A stretch of 64,000 bases of DNA from Candidatus Spongiisociaceae bacterium (lineage in GTDB: Bacteria > Actinomycetota > Acidimicrobiia > Spongiisociales > Spongiisociaceae), in assembly GCA_965262915.1 (NCBI GenBank), contig OZ253564.1, forward strand, positions 4,416,001 to 4,480,000, in the 5' to 3' direction. The notes beneath the pieces were generated by a model. That model worked only from the letters and a program-made list of their open reading frames with translations, did no database searches and was not told the origin of the DNA. Made by a program: the position numbers and the translations under genes. Shown here in pieces: positions 54,555-64,000 of the stretch. Positions within the stretch are counted from its first letter, which is position 1, and each line of letters opens with the position of its first letter.

Positions 54555-55238
54555 GTGGAAAGCGGAGCTCTCATGGCGGGGATCGAGAAGGTGGCGACGA
54601 TCGTCCGGATGGGCGATCCTGACCCCGACGCCGGATTCTGGTTGTCTCGTCCTCCAACCGAGCGGGTCGCTCATCTTCGGGAGCTGCAAGCGTATTACTA
54701 CGGCCCTGACGCTGCGGACGGAGGGAATCACATGCCGCTCGGGAACGACTTGCAGGAGTTCGTCGAGTTGTGCCTTCAACGCGGGGTACGTTTTTTGGTC
54801 GTTGGCGGTTACGCTGTGGTCGCCCACGGCCACCCCCGCTTGACCAAGGACCTCGATATCTGGGTTTGGGTCGAGTCCGAGAACGCGACACGCGTAGCCG
54901 CAGTGCTCGACGAGTTCGGCTTTGGGTCAGTCGGGCTGTCAGCGGAGGACTTTGCTGTGGAGGGACCCGGTGTTCAGCTAGGTCGCCCGCCGAACCGGAT
55001 CGACATACTGACCAGCATCGACGGGGTGGACTTCGAGTCGTGCTGGCAGCGGCGAGAGGAGTTCCCGGTGGGCCCCCTGACGGTTCCCTTCATCGGCTTG
55101 GACGACCTGGAACACAACAAACTAGCCGCCGGTCGTCACCAAGACTTGGCCGACGTGGAAGCCCTGCGACGTAACCGTGCAGCGCGGTGGACTCCCGACC
55201 GCGACAACTCGGCGAACAGCCGCAGCCCGGAACTCTGA
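54555..55238 (+). CDS. DUF6036-like nucleotidyltransferase with an N-terminal extension
   Basis: VVGGYAV..HG.PRLTKDLDIW, RIDILT and NK.AAGRHQDLAD motifs; internal RBS and ATG at 54732. Confidence 0.85.
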   Translation: MESGALMAGIEKVATIVRMGDPDPDAGFWLSRPPTERVAHLRELQAYYYGPDAADGGNHMPLGNDLQEFVELCLQRGVRFLVVGGYAVVAHGHPRLTKDLDIWVWVESENATRVAAVLDEFGFGSVGLSAEDFAVEGPGVQLGRPPNRIDILTSIDGVDFESCWQRREEFPVGPLTVPFIGLDDLEHNKLAAGRHQDLADVEALRRNRAARWTPDRDNSANSRSPEL

Positions 55239-55288
55239 CCGCGGGTGGCGTAGCCCCCCGAAGGCCCATTAGCGGACCCGACGGGGTC

Positions 55289-56308
55289 TCAGAGACCGAA
55301 GGTCGGCCCCTGGTAGCCGTGCTGAGGGCCGCGGGCGTCAAGGCCCTTCGCCTCGTAGTGGCGGCAACCCACCGACTGGCAGTTACAGGCCTCGTCGAGC
55401 GTTACCCGCATCGCCCGCCGCCCTCGGGGATCACCTACCAGCCCGCTGAGCGCCTCAACGAAGGCCAGCGCGTTGTACGCGCCCACAGCGGTGTGCGGAT
55501 CCGACAAAGCCACCAACTCCCCATCGGGGGTGGCGGCCACCAGACTGTGCTCGTTTCCGGCTGCGGCGACACTGACTCTCACAGCGTCGCCGGGCCGGTC
55601 GGCGTGGATCTGGGGGGAGCCCGCGAAGCGGAGCGGGTAGTGAACATCGACGACATCGGCGTCCTCCTTCGTGTGGTACAGCCCCGAGCCGCGGAGCGCC
55701 AGACCCTGGGCAGCGCAGATCGTCATGTCCCATCCCGATGTCCGCTCGGTGGCGGACTGTACTGACAGGTACACGCGGTGGTCTCTCCGCTCGGTTCCCG
55801 CTTCTGGCATCAGCTCGGGATGGGCGGCGGCGTAGTCGTCCCACACGTCCTCGATGATGCGTCGGGAGGTGGCGGGCACAGGGTGGTGCGGGCATGCCTG
55901 CTCGAACAGGTCGTACAGATCGTCGCTGCTGCGGGGGCGGACAGCGCCTATGAGGGCCGGCATGTCCCCGATGTCGATGCCTCGACCGGAGCGCAACTTC
56001 ATGACCATCAACATGTGGGCGCTGGCACCGGACACCGCCAGGTTCGATCCCTGGTAGATGAGGCTGGGCGACCCGGGTACCGTCCCGGTGGGGACAGCAA
56101 CCTTGACAGCATCATTCAGCCAGTGAACACCGAGACCTCCCGCTTCGGCCACGGCCGCTACCGCATCCCAGAACATCTGGGGAATCCCCACGTTCACCAC
56201 GTCCACGTCGTAGGTGCTCCGTCGGGGGTTCCACTGCATCGCTACTGCTGCGCCGCCCACCACGAGGAGTTCGACAGGAACAGCCAGACCACCGAGGCGG
56301 GCATCCAA
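55289..56308 (-). CDS. DUF6036-like nucleotidyltransferase with two YegP-like repeats and a CxC-x-CxH motif (5' end uncertain)
   Basis: Paralog of 40..1734: VVGGAAVAMQW...TYDVDV, WLNDAV, CNCQSVGCRHY. Confidence 0.72.
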   Translation of the reverse strand: MDARLGGLAVPVELLVVGGAAVAMQWNPRRSTYDVDVVNVGIPQMFWDAVAAVAEAGGLGVHWLNDAVKVAVPTGTVPGSPSLIYQGSNLAVSGASAHMLMVMKLRSGRGIDIGDMPALIGAVRPRSSDDLYDLFEQACPHHPVPATSRRIIEDVWDDYAAAHPELMPEAGTERRDHRVYLSVQSATERTSGWDMTICAAQGLALRGSGLYHTKEDADVVDVHYPLRFAGSPQIHADRPGDAVRVSVAAAGNEHSLVAATPDGELVALSDPHTAVGAYNALAFVEALSGLVGDPRGRRAMRVTLDEACNCQSVGCRHYEAKGLDARGPQHGYQGPTFGL

Positions 56309-56387
56309 CGCTGGGAACAGCTCACCGATCCGCTCGACGGTCAGCTCCTCGGGCCTAGGACTGAGGTGACCCCGGCGCTGGCGGTGC

Positions 56388-57993
56388 TCTGGTGGGCAGC
56401 CGAGCTGATCAGGGCTCGTCGCAACACGTGGGCGGCCAACGACCAGGACCAGCCACAGCTCCAGATGCTGTCAGGGTCCGGTGGTACAGCCCGAACGCTG
56501 CTAGCTCCCCGCACAGCGCCTTCTGAAGGCGGGGACGCCAAGGCCCCGGTGGGAGACCCGCAGGGAACTGGGTGGGCCCTTTGCGGGGCCGTAGCGTTCG
56601 GGTTTGTTTTGGGGGTTGGTGTCATGCTGCGGGTCGGAGACCGTTGAGCCAGTCTTGCACTTCGTGGTGTAGCCAGCCCACAGCCCGGCTACCGGGAGGT
56701 CCCAGCCGCACGTGCCGGGGAAACGACCCGTCCCCGATTCGACGCCAGATCGTGGTTCTGCTCAAACCGGTCATCTCGGTCACTTCGCGCTGTCTCAGGA
56801 TTCGGATGTTGCGGCGGGGTGTTCGCTTACTCATCTCGGGGTTTCCTTTCCGATCGAATTCCTGTATTTGGTTGCTGCGGCCCTCCGATGGGGAAGGTCC
56901 GGGCTATTTGGTCGGCGAACGTAGCGGCCCGGACCGTGTGCGACCGTGCGACTAACCGTGCGTTTAGCCCCAAACCGTGCGACTAACCGTGCGTCTGTCT
57001 CTGACCTGGGGTTTCGCGGTACCACAGATACCGCCCTACCCCCCTCAGCACCCGACCCGGAACATGAGATTGCCCATCCGGGTACCGCTGTACCCACCAG
57101 GTGGGTGCCCGCGTCGTGGGACAAAGAGGGGTCGTGTTGTTGGTTTTTCATCTCGGGGTTTCCTTTCCGATTGGATTCTGTTTTTGGCTGCGGCCCGTCC
57201 TGCCGGTGGGGAGAGCCCAGCTGTTTGGTCGGCGACCGTAGCGGCACCAACAGCGCGCGACCGCTCGCTCAAAGGCGCGATCGCCGCCAAAAGGCTCGCT
57301 CGCGAGCGCGCTCGTCTCTGACCTGGGGTTTCGCGGCACCCGAGATACCGTCCTACCCCCCTTCAACACCCGACCCCCGACACCAGATCGCCCCACCTGG
57401 TATCCCTGTATCCCCGGTCCGTGCCCCCGAGAAACGGTCCCGGAGCGGCTACGAACAGGGCCGGGTACCGCTGTACACCCTGCATCCGATGGGGTGTTGC
57501 GAGCCTCGGAAAGGTGGGAGCCCTCAATGTCTGGAGGGGATCGCTGTCATCTCCCGCCTGCCCTGCAAACCCGGTGTCCCGACCCCGGGCGGGCCGGTTC
57601 CGCCGCCGGCCTGTTTCCCACAACTCCCTGCCGGACCAGGGGCAGGTTCTGTAGAACCCGGGGGGAGTCGCGTCGGTGGGGCTGTTGGACGGGTGTACGG
57701 GTGGTGTCGGATGGTCTCGGGATGGTCCGGGGGGATGTGGGCGTGGGGGGATGATTCGTGGGGCTGTTCGAGCCGGGGAGAGTAGATCGTGGCCGGTGTG
57801 GGGGGTAGTGGAGTATCCGGGGGGGGGGGGGGGGACCGGTGTATCCGATCGGGGGGGACCTGGGTATCTTGGGTGTGGCTTCTGACCGGGGTGAGAGGGT
57901 GTGTCAACCCGGGTTAAAACAGAGGCACGTTTGCATTAGAAATGCGGAAGCGTGGTACCCCCCTCTGGGTACTGCTGTATCCCACCCCGCGAG
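56388..57993 (+). repeat. Left arm of a ~1.6 kb imperfect inverted repeat
   Basis: Colinear with the reverse complement of 58469-60045. Confidence 0.9.
56622..56834 (-). CDS. alpA: AlpA-family regulator/excisionase
   Basis: ILRQREVTEMTGLSRTTIWRR...FP..VRLG...VGW...EVQDW. Confidence 0.9.
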   Translation of the reverse strand: MSKRTPRRNIRILRQREVTEMTGLSRTTIWRRIGDGSFPRHVRLGPPGSRAVGWLHHEVQDWLNGLRPAA

Positions 57994-58218
57994 GCAGTGG
58001 TGTTTCCCTGCGCTCGGTCCTTCGCGGACCCCAGCGCCCGATCACCAACCGGGAGGGCTGTTCGGTCGCCTGCTACGCGCCGCTAATCTGACACCGAAGC
58101 CGGCGTCGCAACAGTCCCAGGCTGGGGTCGTAGTGTCCTGATGGGTTGGACCGGCGGCTACGCCGACGATCGCATCAACGCTGCGGTAGTGCCGCTGGGA
58201 TACGGGTTCGCTGCCTTC

Positions 58219-58341
58219 TTACCGTCGATGGGTGCTCTTGGCCGTGGCGAGCGGTTCGGCACTCGGCGTGGGTGCAAGGACGCGCAGTCGTGAAGTTAGG
58301 TGGCTCCGCTCCGGCTTGCCCGAATCGTCGATGAACAGCAC
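58219..58341 (-). pseudogene. DUF3800-like N-terminal fragment
   Basis: VLFIDDSGKP motif only. Confidence 0.35.
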
Positions 58342-58468
58342 ACGCCAACTCAAGAATCTCCTCCCGAGTGCTCCTTGGACAGCATCCTCGGATCCCCCGG
58401 ACGCCCCTCGCCCGTCGGCGCCTGTCACGCCCCGAGTTGGCCGCGCGGCGGACGAAGATACCACCGTA

Positions 58469-60045
58469 TCTCGGGGGTGGGGTACAGCGGTACTCACAGG
58501 GGGGTACCACGCTTCCGCATTTCTAATGCAAACGTGCCTCTGTTTTAACCCGGGTTGACACGCCCTCTCACCCCGGTCAGCACCCACACTCTAGATATCC
58601 AGGTACCCCCCGATCGGATACTCCGGTCCCCCCCGGGTACTCCACTACCGCCCCACACCGGCCACGATCACTCCCCGGCTCGAACAGGCCCATAAGACCT
58701 CCTTCCAGTCCCACACCCCGCACCGTCCCGAGACCATCCGACAAACACCCGTCCAGCAGCTCCACCTACGCGGCTCTCCCCCGGCATCACAGAACCTGGC
58801 ACTCGTCCGGCGGGCAACGGGGTTGGGGGCACCGGGTTTGCAGGGCAGCAGGCGGGAGGTGACAGCGATCACCTCCAGACATTGAGGGCTCCCACCGTGC
58901 CTAGGCCCGCAACACCCGATCCGATGCTGGGTGTACAGCGGTACCTGGCCGTGCCCGTAGCCGCTCCGGGACCGTTCTGGCGGGGCGCCGAGGCGGGGTA
59001 CAGCAGTCCGGCGGAGGGGAAATGGGTGCCGCCGGGTGGGGTGTTGAGGGGGGGGTAGGACGGTATCTGTGGTGTCGCGAAACGCCAGGTCAGAGACGAG
59101 CGCGCTCGCGAGCGAGCCTTTTTGGGGTGAGCGCGCCTTTGAGCGAGCGGTCGCGCGCTGTTGGTGCCGCTACGGTCGCCGACCAAATAGCTGGGCTCTC
59201 CCCACCGGCAGGACGGGCAGCAGCCAAAAACAGGAATTCGAATCGGAAAGGAAAATGCCGAGATGAGAAACCAACAACACGACCCTTCTTTGTCCCACGA
59301 CGCGGGCACCGACCTGGTGGGTACAGCGGTACCCGGATGGGCAATCTCATGTTGCGGGTCGGGTGCTGAGGGGGGTAGGGCGGTATCGCGGATGTCGCGA
59401 AACGCCAGGTCAGAGACAGACGCACGGTTAGTCGCACGGTTTGGGGCTAAACGCACGGTTAGTCGCACGGTCGCGCACGGTCCGGGCCGCTACGTTCGCG
59501 GACCAAATAGCTGGGCTCTCCCATCGGAGGGCCGCAGCAACCAAGTACAGGAATCCGAATCGGAAAGGAAACCTCGAGATGAGTAAGCGAACACCCCGCC
59601 GCAACATCCGAATCCTGAGACAGCCTGAAGTGACCGAGATGACCGGTTTGAGCAGAACCACGATCTGGCGTCGAGTCCGGGACGGGTCGTTCCCCCAGCC
59701 TGTGCGGCTGGGACCTCCCGGTAGCCGGGCTGTGGGTTGGCTACACCACGAAGTGCAAGACTGGCTCAACGGTCTCCGACCCGCAGCATGACACCAACCC
59801 CCAAAACAAGCCCGAACGCTACGGCCCCGCAAAGGACCCACCCAGTTCCCTGCGGGTCTTCCACCGGGGCCTTGGCGTCCCCGCCTTCAGAAGGCGCTGT
59901 GCGGGGAGCTGGCAGCGGTCGGGCTGCACGACCGGGCCGGCCGGCCGGTTCATCGGATCCCGACAGCATCTGGAGCTGTGGCCGGTCCTGGCCGGTCGTC
60001 TCCCACCTGTCACGGCCAGGCCTGATCAGCTCGGCTGCCCACCAG
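58469..60045 (-). repeat. Right arm of the inverted repeat
   Basis: Reverse complement is colinear with 56388-57993. Confidence 0.9.
59579..59791 (+). CDS. alpA: AlpA-family regulator/excisionase
   Basis: Near-identical to 56622..56834. Confidence 0.9.
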   Translation: MSKRTPRRNIRILRQPEVTEMTGLSRTTIWRRVRDGSFPQPVRLGPPGSRAVGWLHHEVQDWLNGLRPAA

Positions 60046-60149
60046 AAGTGGCCACTCCCCCGTCGCAGGACCCCCGGGCGGGTGGACCAACCCGGCGGGG
60101 CAAACAAATGTCAGTCACCTAACTGAAACATGAGAAAGGAAGCGAGACG

Positions 60150-60485
60150 ATGGCTAGACGACGCAGAAAGAGGCCACCACCCCGACGCCGCGCCGCCAGC
60201 ACCCACGACGCCAAACCGGCGAAGTCGCCAGACCTGTCGGCTCCTTACCATTCCCCGTGGGCACGCGCCCTCCAGATCGCCGAGCGGCGCCGCCAACAGC
60301 AGGCAGCCCTTGGGGACACAAACCGTGAACTACGAGCCGTGTGCACCGAACTCCACAAAACAGGCGCCACTCTGAGACAGATCGGGAACCTCATAGGGGT
60401 ATCAGCCCAAGCTGTCCACTCCTACTGGCTAACCCCCACACCCACCGAACCCCGGCGAACCCCGGCGATCGACATCTGCTCATAG
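60150..60485 (+). CDS. Small HTH protein
   Basis: GATLRQIGNLIGVSAQAVH. Confidence 0.55.
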   Translation: MARRRRKRPPPRRRAASTHDAKPAKSPDLSAPYHSPWARALQIAERRRQQQAALGDTNRELRAVCTELHKTGATLRQIGNLIGVSAQAVHSYWLTPTPTEPRRTPAIDICS

Positions 60486-60629
60486 GACGGTTGTGGGTAC
60501 GCCCGCGGCTGCGTTCATCTGCGGTTGTCGGCGTATGACACCCGCGGGGACGACAACGTTATCCGCCGCCGCGAACAGACCCCACAACCCCCTCCACGGT
60601 CAGGGCACCGCCAGCATCCGGGGTCACCT

Positions 60630-61050
60630 CAGTCCCAGGGCAGCCACCAGTCGGGGTTCCCTTGTCGAGCATTCAGGGGTGGAACCAGACCCGATGGTAG
60701 GTGCACACGGCCGGCGATCGCCGACGTACCCACCGGGCGTAGCCCCCGTCGAACGGCCACCCGAACAGCATCACGTCGGCAGGAGCGCGATAGCCGAGCA
60801 CTCAACCCGGCAGGGCCATCCCGGCACGGTCTGCCAATGCGTGGACAACCACGGCGACCGCCGGGAGCAACAGCCCATCGTCGCTGTGGTAGATGGGGGC
60901 CTCCGCTATCAGCGCCGGCCGGTCATCCGCAACGTTCCAATCCCAAATGAACTGCAACAACGGGAACCGGTACGGGCTGGTGTCGACACTGGGCGGGACC
61001 GACATGAGCGGCGGCAGGTCCGCCACGGTCAGAGGCGCCCGCCTGCCAAC
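60630..61050 (-). pseudogene. Decayed homolog of the gene ending at 1-58
   Basis: Frameshifts and an internal stop; ...HP*MLDKG...CTGCCCTGGGACTGA matches the window start. Confidence 0.55.
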
Positions 61051-62654
61051 GCGTCCGGGTAAGGTCTCGGGCTGTGCCCTGGCTGCCTCGGGTGGGGGAC
61101 GGCGACGCGCCGTCGCCACTCCCCGGCCCGCAACTGACCGATGCCACCAATAACACCTGCAGGGTTTCGGGCCCCGTTTGGGCCGTCCCCCTCGCGAAAC
61201 GGCGAATTCCGGGCTTCCCCCTGACCCCCGAACACCCGAAGCGCCGTTCCCAGGCGTCTGGAGGCCTCTCAGCAGTCTCTTGTGCCAATCTGTGCGGGGG
61301 GGTAACGTTCGTATCTGACAGGATAAGGGGTGAAAGGAACAACGCGTGGACACCGCCAAGACCTTTCAAGCGAAGCGGGTACGCAGCCTCGGAGACCAGG
61401 CTGTCACCTTCCGGTCGCCCGACCACCGCCACGGCGATCTGGTGACCCTCGATGTTTACGACCGTGGCCACTACGACCACACCGCCACCTACCGAGTGAG
61501 CCACCGGCCCAGCACCGCCGACGAGCGGCTGGTGTGGCCACCCGAGGTGCTCGCCTTCCCGGCCCGCGACCCGGAACCCGCTACGGTAGGGCCAACCCGT
61601 CGGAGAACCGCTAAAACCGGTTAGTCCCCAAAGCAACCGTCAAGTCCCCCTGCCGGTACCCATCCGGACTCCGCCAGCGGATCGTCAGAGACCACTGCCA
61701 CACACCGGGGAACGGATGCCCCACACACAGTTCGCCTCCGGCGTGTCCCCCACCTCACACCAACCGCCCAGCCACTTGTCGTGCTCGGGAGCGTGCAGCC
61801 CGACCCGTTTCAGCAGCCGCCCGTCGGCCGCCTCGACTTGGGCCCGCTGCTCCGACATAGCCAGCCACTGCGGTGCGCAACCCCAGGGCGACGTTGCGGA
61901 TCACACGCCCATGTCGTTGTCGTACCAGACGAACAGCGGATGCGCCGACGAGACGATCTCGGTCATCCGCCATTCACAGCCCCTAGTGTCCGCCAGGTCG
62001 TCGTCGGAAGCCCACCACAGCCAGATCCGCGGACTACCCCCACCTACCCCCGGATCGCCAATCGTGATCAGATAGTCCCCCTTTGCCTTGTTGGATGGCT
62101 CTGATGTGTGAACATCGGGGTCGGCTACTCGCCGTGGACGGCGCTCTCGACTTCGTAGGGACGCCAACCGTGCTCACCAGCGACCCCACACAGACGGGAC
62201 GGGTGATCACCTCCACCACAGCCGACGACCAGGTATGCGCCAGCAGGTCGGTCGGGGCCGCGTGTCTCCACCTCGAGAGCGACGACGCCGACCATCGTGG
62301 ACCCGACCGCGACAACCGGGATCGTACCCCCGCCTCTGGCCGCCCCGAGAGCAGAACCACCCCGCGTCTAGCGTCGGGCATCGGGATCTGATCGGGCTAC
62401 AGGGTTGAAGCGGCTACGAGGCGCGGTTGACCTGCTCTAGCGGTCGCTTTGACGGCTGCTGTCGGTGATGGTGGGGTGTTCCGGATAGGGCAACACGCTG
62501 AGGCGCCCGGGACCATCGCGCTGTAGGCCTGCGACGAGTAGCACCATGACCTATGCGAGGGGGCGGTCGGTTGTGGGGAACCGATGGGGAATGTCACAGG
62601 TGTTTGATACGTTGTTGAAACGGATCGTCGTGGTAGGAGTATGGGAGGGCTGTC

Positions 62655-63656
62655 ATGGGTTATCGGCTAGTGGAGAACGCGTTAGGGCCTGTGGTTCCGT
62701 ACTCGGACGTGTACGACGACGGCGGCGACTGGATCGGTTCGGTAGCGCAGGAGAACAACCCGCCGGTGTGGGTTCCGGTGAACACCTGGGGCTACAACCT
62801 TTGTCTCGGAGGTGGTGGGAGTTATGAGACGGTACACGACGCGGTGGAGGCTCTCTACGCTGACTATCGGCAGGACCGTGGTGACTTGTGGCTGCTACAG
62901 ACGGTGCTCACATTCGGGCGGGTCGAGAAGCCGGAGGGTCCGGGGCTGACACAAACGGTATGGGCCCCGGCCCTGGGTTTCGAGGGGTGGCCGTTCGGGG
63001 ACCTGGGATATCTCGGACGGGTCGAGATGACCGGACCGGGCCAATTCCGTGCCTTGGGCGAAACTCCACCGGCTGTGCCTTACCGGTCGGGGGTGGAGGC
63101 CGCATCCCTCGAAGCTGTGTGCTGTGACCTGCTCCGGCTACGTCAGCTACGGGACGCCGGTCGCTGGGCTGCCCCATCCGGGTGGACCCCACCGGACTAC
63201 ACGTATCAGCCAGCCGATGTGCTAAACGCTCCCGGGTTCGACGTGTCCGACAGCGACCGGAAAGTCGGATACGGCTGGGAAGGTGGCGGTGAGTGGGAAG
63301 CATTCGGGTATTCCCGACAACTCGGCTGGGGAGCCTGCCAGTTCTTAGCGTCGAGCCGGGCCGCGCTCAGCCATGCGCTCAGCATGTACTCCCATTACGA
63401 GGAGTGGGTAGAAACAACCGGACTGGCCGCTCCCCTACGAGAGAAACACTACTGGGAGGACCGCGACTACTACACCGTCTTCCACGAAGACACCTTTGTG
63501 GGAACCCTCACCATGGACCCTGTTTCGGTCACCGTCGAAACAGCCGACGGGCGATGCTGGTCACTCACCAACGACCGCGGAGACGAGTCCGTACGGAACC
63601 TCCACGCGTTGCAGCAGCTAGCCGCACACCACGGCCGAGTCGACATCGCGGCCTAG
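62655..63656 (+). CDS. Hypothetical protein
   Basis: RBS GGGAGGG; 333-aa aromatic-rich ORF. Confidence 0.65.
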   Translation: MGYRLVENALGPVVPYSDVYDDGGDWIGSVAQENNPPVWVPVNTWGYNLCLGGGGSYETVHDAVEALYADYRQDRGDLWLLQTVLTFGRVEKPEGPGLTQTVWAPALGFEGWPFGDLGYLGRVEMTGPGQFRALGETPPAVPYRSGVEAASLEAVCCDLLRLRQLRDAGRWAAPSGWTPPDYTYQPADVLNAPGFDVSDSDRKVGYGWEGGGEWEAFGYSRQLGWGACQFLASSRAALSHALSMYSHYEEWVETTGLAAPLREKHYWEDRDYYTVFHEDTFVGTLTMDPVSVTVETADGRCWSLTNDRGDESVRNLHALQQLAAHHGRVDIAA

Positions 63657-63815
63657 GCTGAAGTGTTTAAGAGAACCCGTCTCGTGACAATTGCTGACAT
63701 CCACGGCATGGCCGAGTCCCTAACCGAAGCGCTTGCCGTGGCCGCCACCGGTGGGGACGGTTCGATTTCGTGTTGGCTGCGGGTGATGTGGAACCTAACC
63801 GTGACGAGACCGACC

Positions 63816-63950
63816 GGAGTTCCCCCCGGTGACCGGACACTTCCACAGTGAGCACGTCGCGTCCTGGAGAATGGACGTGTGCGCTTCGAAGGGGTCCAGA
63901 TGGGAGGGAAACGACCGAGAAGAAAGTTCTCGGATGAGTTCAGACAGCCG
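63816..63950 (+). mobile_element. IS3-family left-end/orfA remnant
   Basis: GGAGTTCCCCCGGTGACCGGACACTT, similar to 33812-33840; RRKFSDEFR. Confidence 0.5.
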
Positions 63951-64000
63951 CACATCCTCCCCACCGTCCTAAACCCCATCCCACGCGTCTCGAACGCCGT

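Noticed and set aside
57819-57834. Poly-G tract as a phase-variation switch
   Set aside because: Non-coding, shorter in the mirror arm, and prone to sequencing error.

Overview
GC-rich, actinobacterial-looking accessory region; the SLH and RCC1-repeat surface proteins suggest Acidimicrobiia (inference). It is dense with intact and decayed IS110, ISL3, IS3, IS21, IS982, IS1380, IS5, IS30-like and Tn3 elements. Cargo: a CBASS operon (CD-NTase, E2-E1 Cap2-like, HNH-SAVED) facing a divergent XRE-HTH / unknown / HExxH protein / dCTP deaminase-like operon; a CBS-HEPN-like gene; an HNH gene; VapBC; three DUF6036-like nucleotidyltransferases; repeated secreted protein / small membrane protein / MarR modules; and a ~1.6 kb-arm inverted repeat carrying two AlpA genes. 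The clearest unexplained structure is a set of IS110 non-coding ends with readable bridge-RNA guides. These guides co-vary with the insertion sites and point at the terminal repeats of other IS elements (ISL3, IS21) and at another IS110's bridge RNA, producing nests up to four elements deep. No rRNA, tRNA or CRISPR array was seen. Family calls come from motif recognition by eye, not database searches.
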